A DNA stretch of 62,315 bases, counting the filler, from Nemertoderma westbladi (Eukaryota; Animalia; Xenacoelomorpha): NCBI GenBank assembly GCA_032718475.1. It is 3 parts of 3 records of this genome, joined end to end, with 100 filler letters (N's around TTAATTAATTAA, not from the genome) between each part and the next. Parts side by side here need not be neighbours in the genome. Positions count along the whole stretch, not along the records: positions 43,183 to 62,315 come from JAUCBJ010002956.1; 2 more parts are not named here. One strand, given 5' to 3'. Within the stretch, counting starts at the first letter, position 1. Each line of letters starts with the position of its first letter. Below, in pieces: positions 49,748 through 61,876 of the stretch. A model generated the notes under the pieces. It had not been told where the DNA came from and did not search any database. It saw only the letters and a program-made list of their open reading frames with translations. A program made the position numbers and the translations under genes.

Positions 49748-50618
49748 GTAATCATTTGTAGTCTCTAGAGAAACAGAAAGAACTACGGGACATCAGCTAA
49801 GGTAATCATTTGTAGTCTCTAGAGAAACAGAAAGAACTACGGGACATCAGCTGAGGTAATCATTTGTAGTCTCTAGAGAAACAGAAAGAACTACGGGACA
49901 TCAGCTGAGGTAATCATTTGTAGTCTCTAGAGAAACAGAAAGAACTACGGGACATCAGCTAAGGTAATCATTTGTAGTCTCTAGAGAAACAGAAAGAACT
50001 ACGGGACATCAGCTGAGGTAATCATTTGTAGTCTCTAGAGAAACAGAAAGAACTACGGGACATCAGCTGAGGTAATCATTTGTAGTCTCTAGAGAAACAG
50101 AAAGAACTACGGGACATCAGCTAAGGTAATCATTTGTAGTCTCTAGAGAAACAGAAAGAACTACGGGACATCAGCTGAGGTAATCATTTGTAGTCTCTAG
50201 AGAAACAGAAAGAACTACGGGACATCAGCTGAGGTAATCATTTGTAGTCTCTAGAGAAACTGAAAGAACTACGGGACATCAGCTGAGGTAATCATTTGTA
50301 GTCTCTAAGAGAAACAGAAAGAACTACGGGACATCAGCTAAGGTAATCATTTGTAGTCTCTAGAGAAACATAAAGAACTACGGGACATCAGCTGAGGTAA
50401 TCATTTGTAGTCTCTAGAGAAACATAAAGAACTACGGGACATCAGCTGAGGTAATCATTTGTAGTCTCTAGAGAAACAGAAAGAACTACGGGACATCAGC
50501 TGAGGTAATCATTTGTAGTCTCTAGAGAAACAGAAAGAACTACGGGACATCAGCTGAGGTAATCATTTGTAGTCTCTAGAGAAACCGAAAGAACTACGGG
50601 ACATCAGCTGAGGTAATC
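49716..50618. repeat. 54-bp tandem array copying the SLMAP exon 4 end and splice donor, 17 units including the template
   Basis: Unit TAGAGAAACAGAAAGAACTACGGGACATCAGCTRAGGTAATCATTTGTAGTCTC; donors at 49748, 49802 ... 50613. Confidence 0.97.
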
Positions 50619-51079
50619 GGAGCTGGTGGCGGGGTACGCCATGTTTATCTTTACTTTTTTGGTTCTTTTTTTATATTAAATAATTTATATTTAGAATGAA
50701 ATCGCGGAATTTATGGTGGCCCAATAATTTTTTTATAAATTCTTCTGTGTCACCCCCCCCCCCCTCACACCCCCCAAAAAAATTGCCAAATGGTGAAAAA
50801 ATGAGCTCTGCAATTTTTTAATTTGGTTAAAGTAAGGTGAGGTACCTTCGGCTACTGGTGGTATACTCGGTACACGGTTTTTGTTTTCTTTCACTTTCAA
50901 CTCTCAATTATTATGAGAACAAACGTTTATTTACTCATACATAATAAAAAATGTATATACTAAATTTTTTTAGAAAAAATTAATAGTCTGGGGGTGTCTG
51001 GAATAAGATAATTGTGGGTGGATTTTTTTTCAAAAATTAATGGCCGTGTCGCCCCGTCTATTTGGGACTCCAGAGATAC

Positions 51080-51305
51080 GCACAAAGTCTGAAGGGTTAT
51101 TTCCTGTGCGGTCCCCCCCAGAACAATAATCCCCAGAGGAAACTCCAGTACTCATTTAGCTTTTAGCTACCATTTAAGGATGCAAGGCAGTGATCCGCCC
51201 TGAGTGGTCCCTTCAAAGCATTCGTGCCGAAACGAAAACTGCCCTTGCCCATGCGAGGATCGAACCCATAACCATGTTAAATCAATGCAACCACTACACC
51301 AAGGT
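51080..51305 (-). mobile_element. tRNA-derived SINE
   Basis: Minus-strand A-box TGGTGTAGTGG and B-box GGTTCGATCC; central motif AAATGAGTAC. Confidence 0.6.
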
Positions 51306-51630
51306 GGGACCTTGGTGTAGTGGTTGAAGGTGTAGGGGTTGATGTCTACCCGGTGCTCAGCGCCACCAAAGTTATCCCACTATACTCGCAATCATCCGTA
51401 AGGTCGAGCTGATAGGACGTTTTGCCACTAGACACAGTTCTGGTTGTCATATGAGGACTATTTATAACTTTATAAGCGCAATCATTGATGTAGTGGGGAT
51501 AGGTGAGACTAAAACTGTTGAGGTGCATGCCATTTTTTTTGAAATTATTATAACTTTACATTTTTTGCAATGTAATCACAATGTAATTCATTCTCGTTAT
51601 AGGTGTTTTATTGTATCACCACGAGGCCAA

Positions 51631-51890
51631 GCAGCAACTTGGTCTCGTGGTGACATATTAGGAGGATTCCAATTTGGAGGCACTGGTTCGATCCCTAGAT
51701 GGGGCAGCGCTGTTTGGGCTCAGTGCTTTAAATGCTGCAGCCTAGCCCAACCCTAGCTATCATTCTTGACTGGTCGATAAATGGGTACCAAGGCAACTTG
51801 TGGAACAGAGTGGGAGGGTTTATTGTGGAAGATCACCAATGGTGATGAACAGATATTCCTTGGCCTTATGGCCCTAAAAGGTTCTCCCAT
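51631..51890 (+). mobile_element. tRNA-derived SINE
   Basis: A-box TGGTCTCGTGG at 51640, B-box GGTTCGATCCC at 51685, central motif GGTCGATAAATGGGTACC. Confidence 0.7.
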
Positions 51891-53526
51891 TCATTAGGTG
51901 TTTTAGGTTTTTAGTTGTGCTATGAGACTCATTTAGGGCACTTTGTAACTGCAATGCTGGATTTAGTTGGACAATAATCATGTTTTAAATCCAAATCATA
52001 TATTAAAAACTAAGATCTTGTGATCATGCGAAGGGGATATATATAGTAAAGCATTTTGTGAAGCATTAATATTATAGGCTTTCAGTTGTTGTATGTGACT
52101 CATTTTGCACTCATTGCAACTGCATTCATTTGATTTATTGAATCAGCCATTGGTATCCCTTAACCCTTACATTTCAAACACTATGTAATTTATTGCCATA
52201 AATTTTATGCTCTTCGTAACTCTATACTGTAAATTATGGTTCTGCCGGTTTTTCAATTTAATCCCTTCTAGGCAATTTATTGAATAAAGAAATCCTAAGA
52301 TAGTCGTAAAATCCAATGGTCTCTGCTCTACTTCGCGTCTGAATTGTTCATTCTTTATCCGTACAATCTATCAGCCTTGCCTTAGGTGGATTATGTATGG
52401 ACTATATGATTTGAATACATTTTGCACGATGGAGTTGGCATGGTAGATATGGAGGTGAATGTCTTCTAATAATTATTATGTACTAATCTCCAGGGTATCA
52501 TGATCCTAGTGAAACTCGTCAAATACCTTGAATCCTACGGAATTTAGTTTAGTATCGAGTTTGGGTTGATTGGGTTTATTATTATGTTAACTCGTCTGTG
52601 TAGTGCGATAGGAGATAGGTGATAAGAGACATACGTTAAGAGATAGGCGTTAACTCATGTGAATCCTTTTCTCCATCTCTATCTATATTGCTTAACACCT
52701 TTGATCACAATAAAAGATAAGAGATAGCCACACAGTGGAGAAGCGGGATTTTTGAAACATAAATGTATATCGTCCGTATAAATGTATAATCGATGTTGCG
52801 ACATTTGACTTTCTGCTGGAAATGTTGCATAATGCGCTCCTGAAAAAGTCCAACCGTCAGCCAATATCACCACAGGAGCGATTGGCTGAGACATTACGTT
52901 ACCTAGCTACCGGTGATTCTCAACAAATCATTTCTTTCAGTTTTAGAATTGGCCGATCTACAGTCTGCAACATAATATCAGACACATAATTGTCAGGCGT
53001 TATGGGCGTTTTGTCCCCATTATACTTAACAACACCATCGGAAAGTGACCTCTTAAAATAGCTAGAGAATTTGAAGAACTATGGAATGAATATGCCGCAT
53101 TGCATAGGAAAATTGACGGCAAACATAATCCGTATACAGTCTCAACAGCGATCGGGCTCTGATTATTACAATTACAAAGACTTTTTCAGTACTATTTTGC
53201 GGTTTGCGATGCAAATTATTGCTTTACGTATATTGATATACCTATATTGACTTTTTGGTAAAATATTAGAATCGGGAAGAATTCCTATACCATTCTTGTC
53301 TGACATACAGCAAGTCTAGAGCTTTGCTAACGAAAACAAATAATTTAAACCACCGTTTTAACATAGGCCAATTTTTAACCAGCAGTTTTAAAAGAGCAAC
53401 CGTCGGTTGCAAATTTTATACAAGAGGTTAAAAAATTTACCGCCCAACAATTTTTCAGTTTACCTACAGTTTTGCGCAGTTGTACTGAATATAGAATACT
53501 CTGAATACATGTAACCGGTACCAAGT

Positions 53527-54497
53527 ACACGTTCGTGGGGCTATCGCGCAGGACGAGGGTCAGTTATTAGATTAAAATTGAGCAATTTTATCCCAAAATC
53601 GGTACTTAAAAAAAGAAATTTAAATAAATAATTAAGAAAATTTAACCAAACGTTTACTTTAAAAAAAACTTTCGGATTGGCAGCTTGGCATCGATGTCAT
53701 AAAAGTCCACAGTCAAACTACTCAAAAAATTCAATGCATTCTTCAGTCCTCGGGTCTCGCTCATCGGTTAGTCCAGTTTGCCCGTAGCGCTAGCGCAGTA
53801 GCGATACCAAAAGTCGAGGTCGCCAACGACACTGCGACAGATAGAGGCGGTGGCCTTGATGGCGAGTTGTTTGAGTACCGGTACAATTCCAAAACGTTGC
53901 TGGGTATTGCAGTATTGGGCTGTTGGGGTACCTAGTGCAGTAGTGTATACTGGAACATGGAATAAAGGTCAGCTGGTACAACCTGTACTCAGGCAATTGC
54001 AGGACTCACTACACTACCGCACGTACCAATACTCACATAATGCAGTAGCAGTACCACCCTGACTGACTGACAGACCGACAACCAGCCTAGAAAGCTAGGC
54101 ATACCACATACAGCAACAGCAGTGAGCAGTACCGGTACCAGATTATTGCTGCATTGTACCGTTATTGCTGAATTTCAAACCCATCTGATATATCCTGCAG
54201 TCTCCTAGCAACCAGCTGATGCCAAGCCTAATAATTTTTGGATAGATTAATTTATTATAACTGCAAGACGATTAGTTACACAGATGCTGCACGAAGACCC
54301 CACGCAAATTCAATTTGGAAAATTTCTAAACTTTTGCCAGACTACATATGTACCAAGTTTGGATATATTTTATCGAGATTTGGTTGAGTTATTAACGTTT
54401 AAAATTGGACACAACAGAACAATAGAGCAACAGACACACCGATTGAGTTAGTGGTACCTGTATGCTAAGCTCGCTTACTTTTGTCGCTCGCCCCACA
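53527..54497 (-). mobile_element. Helentron/DINE-1-like element, copy 2
   Basis: Reverse-complement ends CACGTTCGTGGGGCTATCGCGCAG...CGCTCGCCCCACA; 54340-54420 matches 41400-41500 inverted. Confidence 0.6.
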
Positions 54498-54956
54498 TTG
54501 CCTAAATACCTCCATTGCGACTCCATTGTAGCACGGTAGGTAAGGGCTTATTCCTATTGGCTAAATGTATTTTTTCCTATCGCCAGAGATAAGACTTGGA
54601 ATATTTTCCAAGTGATTTTCTCTGGCGATAAGACCCTTATCTCTTATCTCCCATTGTGAACAAAGCAGCTTAAGGTTATTACCATATCATTATAAGTTTA
54701 TTACCATCAATATTCATAAACTTAACAATTATAGTGTTTGATTAGGTGTTGGGAACCCAGCTAAGTTCACAATGTAATAAGATTATTACTAGTCAGCGTT
54801 TAAGAAAATAATTGTTTATTTGAGTAAATCTTCCTGGCGGCGATCACTTTGTACATAAATAGAAACGGGGCATATAGCTGGACAAGTCTTCGAACAAGTA
54901 GGTAGTAGTTATTTCTGATTGAAATTTGGCTAATAAATTTACATATTTTGTTGCAG

Positions 54957-55019
54957 GAGTCGCTGAAACGTTTGTTGCAAGAAAAGCTGGAAGCGCTTGC
55001 CAAGTGCGACGAGATGACG
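54957..55019 (+). CDS. SLMAP: SLMAP coding exon 5
   Basis: ESLKRLLQEKLEALAKCDEMT (cf. ESLRRVLQEKIE); TTGCAG| and |GTAAGT. Confidence 0.9.
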
Positions 55020-55130
55020 GTAAGTTGTGACCGAAGGAATGGCCACACCAATGGTAGATCAAGTGGTGTGAGGTTGTGTTCATGGGACCTATAAAAAAGT
55101 CTTCCGCCCTAGTGAAGAGTGTCTGTCTGC

Positions 55131-56190
55131 CTAAAACAAGATCAATTGCTGATCTTGATGGAGTTCCTGCCTGAGTGGTAGCACCATAAAAAGTAAAATA
55201 GCCGATACCGCCATCCTTGCCAAGTCTGCCATTACGTGTATACGTAACCCAGTAGATTTACATAAGTCAAGTAACCTCCGTCCGTACTTATTGCAGTGAG
55301 AGTCCTTGTTGACCCTAGACTTAGGTACAGGTCCCCAGTTTTCTGAGTTATCAGAAACGTAGTCAGGCGGTAAAATATCCTTAAGCTCTGGGTCACTTGA
55401 GTCATTATCAATTAGGTCCAAAAAAGATGCAGTCCTGGCATTGAAATCCCCAATAAGAAGGATTTCATTACCAGCGGTAAATTATTGACCGATACCAGCT
55501 TCCACTGAATCGAATAAGTGAATACTATCCCCTGCGTTGGCTGTCGAGCCATCCGGTGGTATGTATGAATACTATCCCCTGCGTTGGCTGTCGAGCCATC
55601 CGGTGGTATGTATGAATACTATCCCCTGCGTTGGCTGTCGAGCCATCCGGTGGTATGTATGAATACTATCCCCTGCGTTGGCTGTCGAGCCATCCGGTGG
55701 TATGTATGAATACTATCCCCTGCGTTGGCTGTCGAGCCATCCGGTGGTATGTATGAATACTATCCCCTGCGTTGGCTGTCGAGCCATCCGGTGGTATGTA
55801 TGAATACTATCCCCTGCGTTGGCTGTCGAGCCATCCGGTGGTATGTATGAGGCCATAGCTAAGTCCTCATGAAGCCCAAAAATTAGTTATCTAGTTTCGC
55901 CCACATTACCCCTTCTTGTTCAAATTGTACAGGCCTTGATAGGCCTTTTTCATATACCTCTTTAAAATATAAGGTGAGTCCACCGCTGTATCGATTGGCA
56001 CGTATGTGTTTGTGTTTGCGATATTGAGACCACTGGTTATATCCAGGAATTGTTATACTCGATTTATGATTAGGTCCCAATCTCGTCTCCACGCAAATGA
56101 AAAAATCAAATTTGCTGACCAGATTGGTAAAATCTGGGTCGGCTAAGCTAGATACCAGTCCCTCAACATTTTGGAAACCTATTCTAATAC
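55131..56190 (-). mobile_element. Frameshifted LINE ORF2 APE endonuclease fragment (CR1/L2 group) in SLMAP intron 5
   Basis: FQNVEGL, ET, RYSGG, YIPP, LIGDFNART, NKYGRRLLDLCKSTGLRI motifs in order. Confidence 0.85.
55520..55850. repeat. 47-bp tandem repeat, 7 copies, inside the LINE endonuclease
   Basis: GAATACTATCCCCTGCGTTGGCTGTCGAGCCATCCGGTGGTATGTAT at 55520, 55567 ... 55802. Confidence 0.97.
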
Positions 56191-56282
56191 AATTACTAAC
56201 CTCAGCACTGAGACGATCTTTCGAATAAAATGAAACATTACCTGCAGACTGAGCATTTAGTGAGCTTTATTAACTTTTTCAG

Positions 56283-56414
56283 CGTTGTTTTGGTAATTCT
56301 GAAGACGAATGTGAACATCTGAAACACATGTACGATGAAAATCATAAGGAACTGCAGAGTTTGGGCAACAAATATAATGAAGTTCAGAAGGAATTAGATG
56401 ACTTTCGCCAAAAG
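56283..56414 (+). CDS. SLMAP: SLMAP coding exon 6 (gene probably continues beyond the window)
   Basis: RCFGNSEDECEHLKHMYDENHKELQSLGNKYNEV (cf. RSLSNTEDECTHLK...ELANKYN); AG/GT flanks. Confidence 0.9.
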
Positions 56415-56847
56415 GTAGGCCGGGGGGGGGGGGGGGGGGGGGGTTAGCATAAAGTTTACTACGACCAAACTCGAGTTTCTCTGTCTTTGTGACCGTTAAT
56501 AATATCTTAGCTACAACTGCTCGGAGGTTGGTACAGGATGAAAAGTTTATAAAGATGTGAAAATTCTAGCAAATTCCACTCAACTTTTTAGAGTGTTCAC
56601 TCTAGACTGTAGTGAGGCTAGTGTTGAACTTTACGCCTCTTGTGGTTCTTTCTCCTCTCCTGTTTCAGGGGCAAAACCTATTAATTAGTGGACATATCGA
56701 AAACAAAACAATATATCATTTGAAAGATCTGAACTGAAACACAAACACTGAAAGAGATGGTAACAAACAATTGGAGCTACCGAGATCTTTTAATGTGCAG
56801 ACTAATTTCGGATAAACGTTATCACTGATTGTATAGTTACTGGTTGT

Positions 56848-57828
56848 TGTGGGGCGAGCCACGAAGTTGGCGGAGCCTTAGCGAATTGACACTGTTAGGG
56901 GGTGGGTCAATTTATGCAAATAGTTGTCGTCGTCGTCGTCGTCGTCGTTGTCGTCGTCGTCGTTGTCGTCGTCGTCGTTGTCGTCGTCGTTACGATTTTG
57001 ACATGCTAATAACTTTGTCGGATTTAAAGCTGCCAAGTTGAAAATTTGTAGGTATCAATATAAGCAAAAGTTGAGATTTTTGAGAGACTTTCAGACACCA
57101 TCAGTGCAATGGTCTCCCGCTAGAGGGCCACATGTCTAAACATTAAATGGCCACCCATTTCTTTGCTTTTAATCCGTTTAAGCTGAAACTTGGGAAGTAT
57201 GTACTAGACCATTAGCTGTAAATTTCAAAGGAGGCTAATCTGTCTGCAGTTCTCCAGTCTGCCGCTAGAGGGCGAAATGTCCCGAATGTGAAATTATTCT
57301 TCCATTTAGTTGTTTATGATCTGATTACGCTGAAACTTGTCATATATGTACTAGAAGACATCCTAAGTCTTTGTGTGGACAGTAATCGGTCCGGAGTTTT
57401 CGAGTCTGCCGCTAGAGGGCGAAATGTAGGAAAGTGATAACCTTTGCGAATTCCTTGATCTTAATCTATTTAAGCTGAATTTTGGAATATACAGTACCGG
57501 TATGTACTAGACCACATGCCTCGTCTTTGTGAGGAAGGTGATCGATCCGTAGTTCTTTAATATGCCGCTAGAGGGCTAAATGTATGAAAGTGAAAACCTT
57601 CCAACATTTCGTTATTTATGATCCGTCAATCGGAAACTTGGTAGATATGTAATAGACCATAGGCTGTGGCTTTGTAGGGAAACTAATCCTTCCTTCTTCA
57701 GTTACCCAGTCTCCCGCTAGAGGGTTAACGTTTTCCGGGAAAATCTTCTCCTATGTTTTTATAATCCTTTCGAGTTGATACTTAGCATTAACTCATTTCA
57801 CGTGCTGCGCGAAGGCCCCACTTCGTGT
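56848..57828 (+). mobile_element. Helentron/DINE-1-like element, copy 3, with (GTC)n and core repeats of about 150 bp
   Basis: 5' TGTGGGGCGAGCCACGAAG, (GTC)n at 56923-56990, five core repeats each with CCGCTAGAGGG, 3' GCGCGAAGGCCCCAC. Confidence 0.7.
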
Positions 57829-58050
57829 TGATAAACGCGTTGAACATAATGTACCGGTATTTTACGTCACCTCGTCCCGTTTCATTCTGTCTGTCCCCAT
57901 TTAGACACGAATATGGAATATTATCGTCTCTATCACTCTAAATGGGTCAATGCCAACCATGTTGACCAAGTCACGTCCGGGACTAAAAATATACAAAATT
58001 GTAAATTATTTGAGAATGAATAGTTGGATGGCTTTGATAATTAGATTGCC

Positions 58051-60382
58051 GAATACACTATAATCGGTCCCCTCCTGCTGTGATACACTCCAACGAATAC
58101 ACAATTATCGGTCCCCTCCTGCTGTGATACACTCCAACGAATACACAATAATCGGTCCCCTCCTGCTGTGATTCACTCCAACGAATACACAATAATCGGT
58201 CCCCTCCTGCTGTGATTCACTCCAACGAATACACAATAATCGGTCCCCTCCTGCTGTGATTCACTCCAACGAATACACAATAATCGGTCCCCTCCTGCTG
58301 TGATACACTCCAACGAATACACAATAATCGGTCCCCTCCTGCTGTGATACACTCCAACGAATACACAATAATCGGTCCCCTCCTGCTGTGATACACTCCA
58401 ACGAATACACAATAATCGGTCCCCTCCTGCTGTGATACACTCCAACGAATACACAATAATCGGTCCCCTCCTGCTGTGATACACTCCAACGAATACACAA
58501 TAATCGGTCCCCTCCTGCTGTGATACACTCCAACGAATACACAATAATCGGTCCCCTCCTGCTGTGATACACTCCAACGAATACACAATAATCGGTCCCC
58601 TCCTGCTGTGATACACTCCAACGAATACACAATAATCGGTCCCCTCCTGCTGTGATACACTCCAACGAATACACAATAATCGGTCCCCTCCTGCTGTGAT
58701 ACACTCCAACGAATACACAATAATCGGTCCCCTCCTGCTGTGATACACTCCAACGAATACACAATAATCGGTCCCCTCCTGCTGTGATACACTCCAACGA
58801 ATACACAATAATCGGTCCCCTCCTGCTGTGATACACTCCAACGAATACACAATAATCGGTCCCCTCCTGCTGTGATACACTCCAACGAATACACAATAAT
58901 CGGTCCCCTCCTGCTGTGATACACTCCAACGAATACACAATAATCGGTCCCCTCCTGCTGTTATACACTCCAACGAATACACAATAATCGGTTCCCTCCT
59001 GCTGTGATTCACTCCAACGAATACACAATAATCGGTCCCCTCCTGCTGTGATACACTCCAACGAATACACAATAATCGGTCCCCTCCTGCTGTGATACAC
59101 TCCAACGAATACACAATAATCGGTCCCCTCCTGCTGTGATACACTCCAACGAATACACAATAATCGGTCCCCTCCTGCTGTGATTCACTCCAACGAATAC
59201 ACAATAATCGGTCCCCTCCTGCTGTGATTCACTCCAACGAATACACAATAATCGGTCCCCTCCTGCTGTGATACACTCCAACGAATACACAATAATCGGT
59301 CCCCACCTGCTGTGATACACTCCAACGAATACACAATAATCGGTCCCCTCCTGCTGTGATTCACTCCAACGAATACACAATAATCGGTCCCCTCCTGCTG
59401 TGATACACTCCAACGAATACACAATAATCGGTCCCCTCCTGCTGTGATACACTCCAACGAATACACAATAATCGGTCCCCTCCTGCTGTGATACACTCCA
59501 ACGAATACACAATAATCGGTCCCCTCCTGCTGTGATACACTCCAACGAATACACAATAATCGGTCCCCTCCTGCTGTGATACACTCCAACGAATACACAA
59601 TAATCGGTCCCCTCCTGCTGTGATACACTCCAACGAATACACAATTATCGGTCCCCTCCTGCTGTTATATACTTCAACGAATACACAATAATCGGTCCCC
59701 TCCTGCTGTGATTCACTCCAACGAATACACAATAATCGGTCCCCTCCTGCTGTGATACACTCCAACGAATACACAATAATCGGTCCCCTCCTGCTGTGAT
59801 TCACTCCAACGAATACACAATAATCGGTCCCCTCCTGCTGTGATACACTCCAACGAATACACAATAATCGGTCCCCTCCTGCTGTGATACACTCCAACGA
59901 ATACACAATAATCAGTCCCCTCCTGCTGTGATACACTCCAGCGAATACACAATAATCGGTCCCCTCCTGCTGTGATACACTCCAACGAATACACAATAAT
60001 CGGTCCCCTCCTGCTGTGATTCACTCCAACGAATACACAATAATCGGTCCCCTCCTGCTGTGATACACTCCAACGAGTACACAATAATCGGACCCCTCCT
60101 GCTGTGATACACTCCAACGAATACACAATAATCGGTCCCCACCTGCTGTGATACACTCCAACGAATACACGATAATCGGTCCCCTCCTGCTGTGATACAC
60201 TCCAACGAATACACAATAATCGGTACCCTCCTGCTGTGATACACTCCAACGAATACACAATAATCGGTACCCTCCTGCTGTGATACACTCCAACGAATAC
60301 ACAATAATCGGTCCCCTCCTGCTGTGATACACTCCAACGAATACACTATAATCGGTCCCCTCCTGCTGTGATACACTCCAAC
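58051..60382. repeat. 44-bp minisatellite (AATACACAATAATCGGTCCCCTCCTGCTGTGATACACTCCAACG), about 53 copies
   Basis: Near-perfect period 44, no spacers. Confidence 0.98.
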
Positions 60383-60973
60383 CACAGTTTGTTATAGAAA
60401 AAGCTACAACGAACCTTGAACGAAAATCCTCACTTACGGGACAAATTTCAAATTTTGTTATTGTGATTACGGACTCATTTTGGCCATTAAAACTGCAATT
60501 CGGGTGCTAAACGATTAATATGCCTTCTGAGTATAATTCCTGTGAACAAATAAACGTAGCTTCGAAGTAAATAATTGGAGATATCAGAAATACAAAAAAA
60601 ATTAACGTGGTCCGTTTTTTTGTCACATACGTGACACTCGGTAAATGATTAATTTAATAGCATATAAATTGTCATATATGGGCCATTAACCCGATGTGTT
60701 AACAATCCCACTCATATTCTTCCTCCATATGAATCAGTTAAATTGACAACTTTTGGTAGTTAATCAGAGTAATAAAGTAAATTGAGTAATAAAATGATAA
60801 TAATTGTATTGTAGATACAAATTACGTGAATTAATATGGCAGCAAGTTGATTATTGAAAGTAAAAAGGATATTATAGAAGATAATAGAGTTAGAGTAGCT
60901 GACACGGTAGAAAATATATTTCAAACTGCGATAAAGGAATAAGAACTGAAGTGGATATTGTGAAATGAAATCA

Positions 60974-61314
60974 GACATTGTGACATTGGTACACATTGTG
61001 ACATTGGTACACATTGTGACATTGGTACACATTGTGACATTGGTACACATTGTGACATTGGTACACATTGTGACATTGGTACACATTGTGACATTGGTAC
61101 ACAATGTGACACATTGTGACATTGGTACACATTGTGACATTGGTACACATTGGTACACATTGTGACATTGGTACACATTGTGACATTGGTACACATTGTG
61201 ACATTGGTACACATTGTGACATTGGTACACATTGGTACACATTGTGACATTGGTACACATTGTGACATTGGTACACATTGGTACACATTGTGACATTGGT
61301 ACACATTGGTACAT
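60974..61314. repeat. 18-bp repeat CATTGTGACATTGGTACA with 10-bp variants
   Basis: Visible periodicity; produces the MCTNVT repeats in the ORF track. Confidence 0.95.
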
Positions 61315-61329
61315 ATTAAGCACGTTATG

Positions 61330-61876
61330 AATCAGTCCAAATTAATCAGGGTGTAGTAAAATTTGTTTATTTTATTTTAAATATATTCAAGCAAGTTTTT
61401 GTGTAAGTGCATTCCGTCACAGAGGGCCTTGTGTAGAGATGGATGGGTGATGTACTTCAAGACGAATTTGTGGTAGATGAAACAGACCAGAGTAGGCGGA
61501 GCATGTGTTATGTGAGTGGATTGATGAAGACTTGGTAAATAGGTACGACAGAGGATGCGGGATTGGTTATGATGAACGTTATACATGAGAGATTGTTTAT
61601 AAATGGGTAAGGAAGATGACTGGTATTGACTAAAGGTGATACACCGTACAAATCTATTATTGAGTTTAATTTGTAGTAGCCGAGTAATAGATTTGAATGC
61701 ACCAGAATAGGACCATAGATAATATATGGATAAATGGGGGAATTAAATAACACGCGAAGTAGTTGAGTAGACAAAATATGAGGTAATCGATAAAATAGGC
61801 CATCTGTTTTCGAGATTTTATTAATAATGTTACAAACATGGTTACGGAATGTTAGTTTGGAATCAATAATGTAACG
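61330..61876 (-). mobile_element. CR1-group LINE RT 3' fragment
   Basis: IIDSKLTFRNHVCNIINKISKTDGLFYRL...LLRVLFNS.IYPYIIYG matches the CR1/Crack ID.KL.W..HI..I..KIS...Y.S.I.P...YG region. Confidence 0.7.

Noticed and set aside
58051-61323. ORFs of 100-343 aa and a CRISPR-like look of the 44-bp array
   Set aside because: Contiguous tandem units with no unique spacers and no cas genes, in a eukaryotic intron
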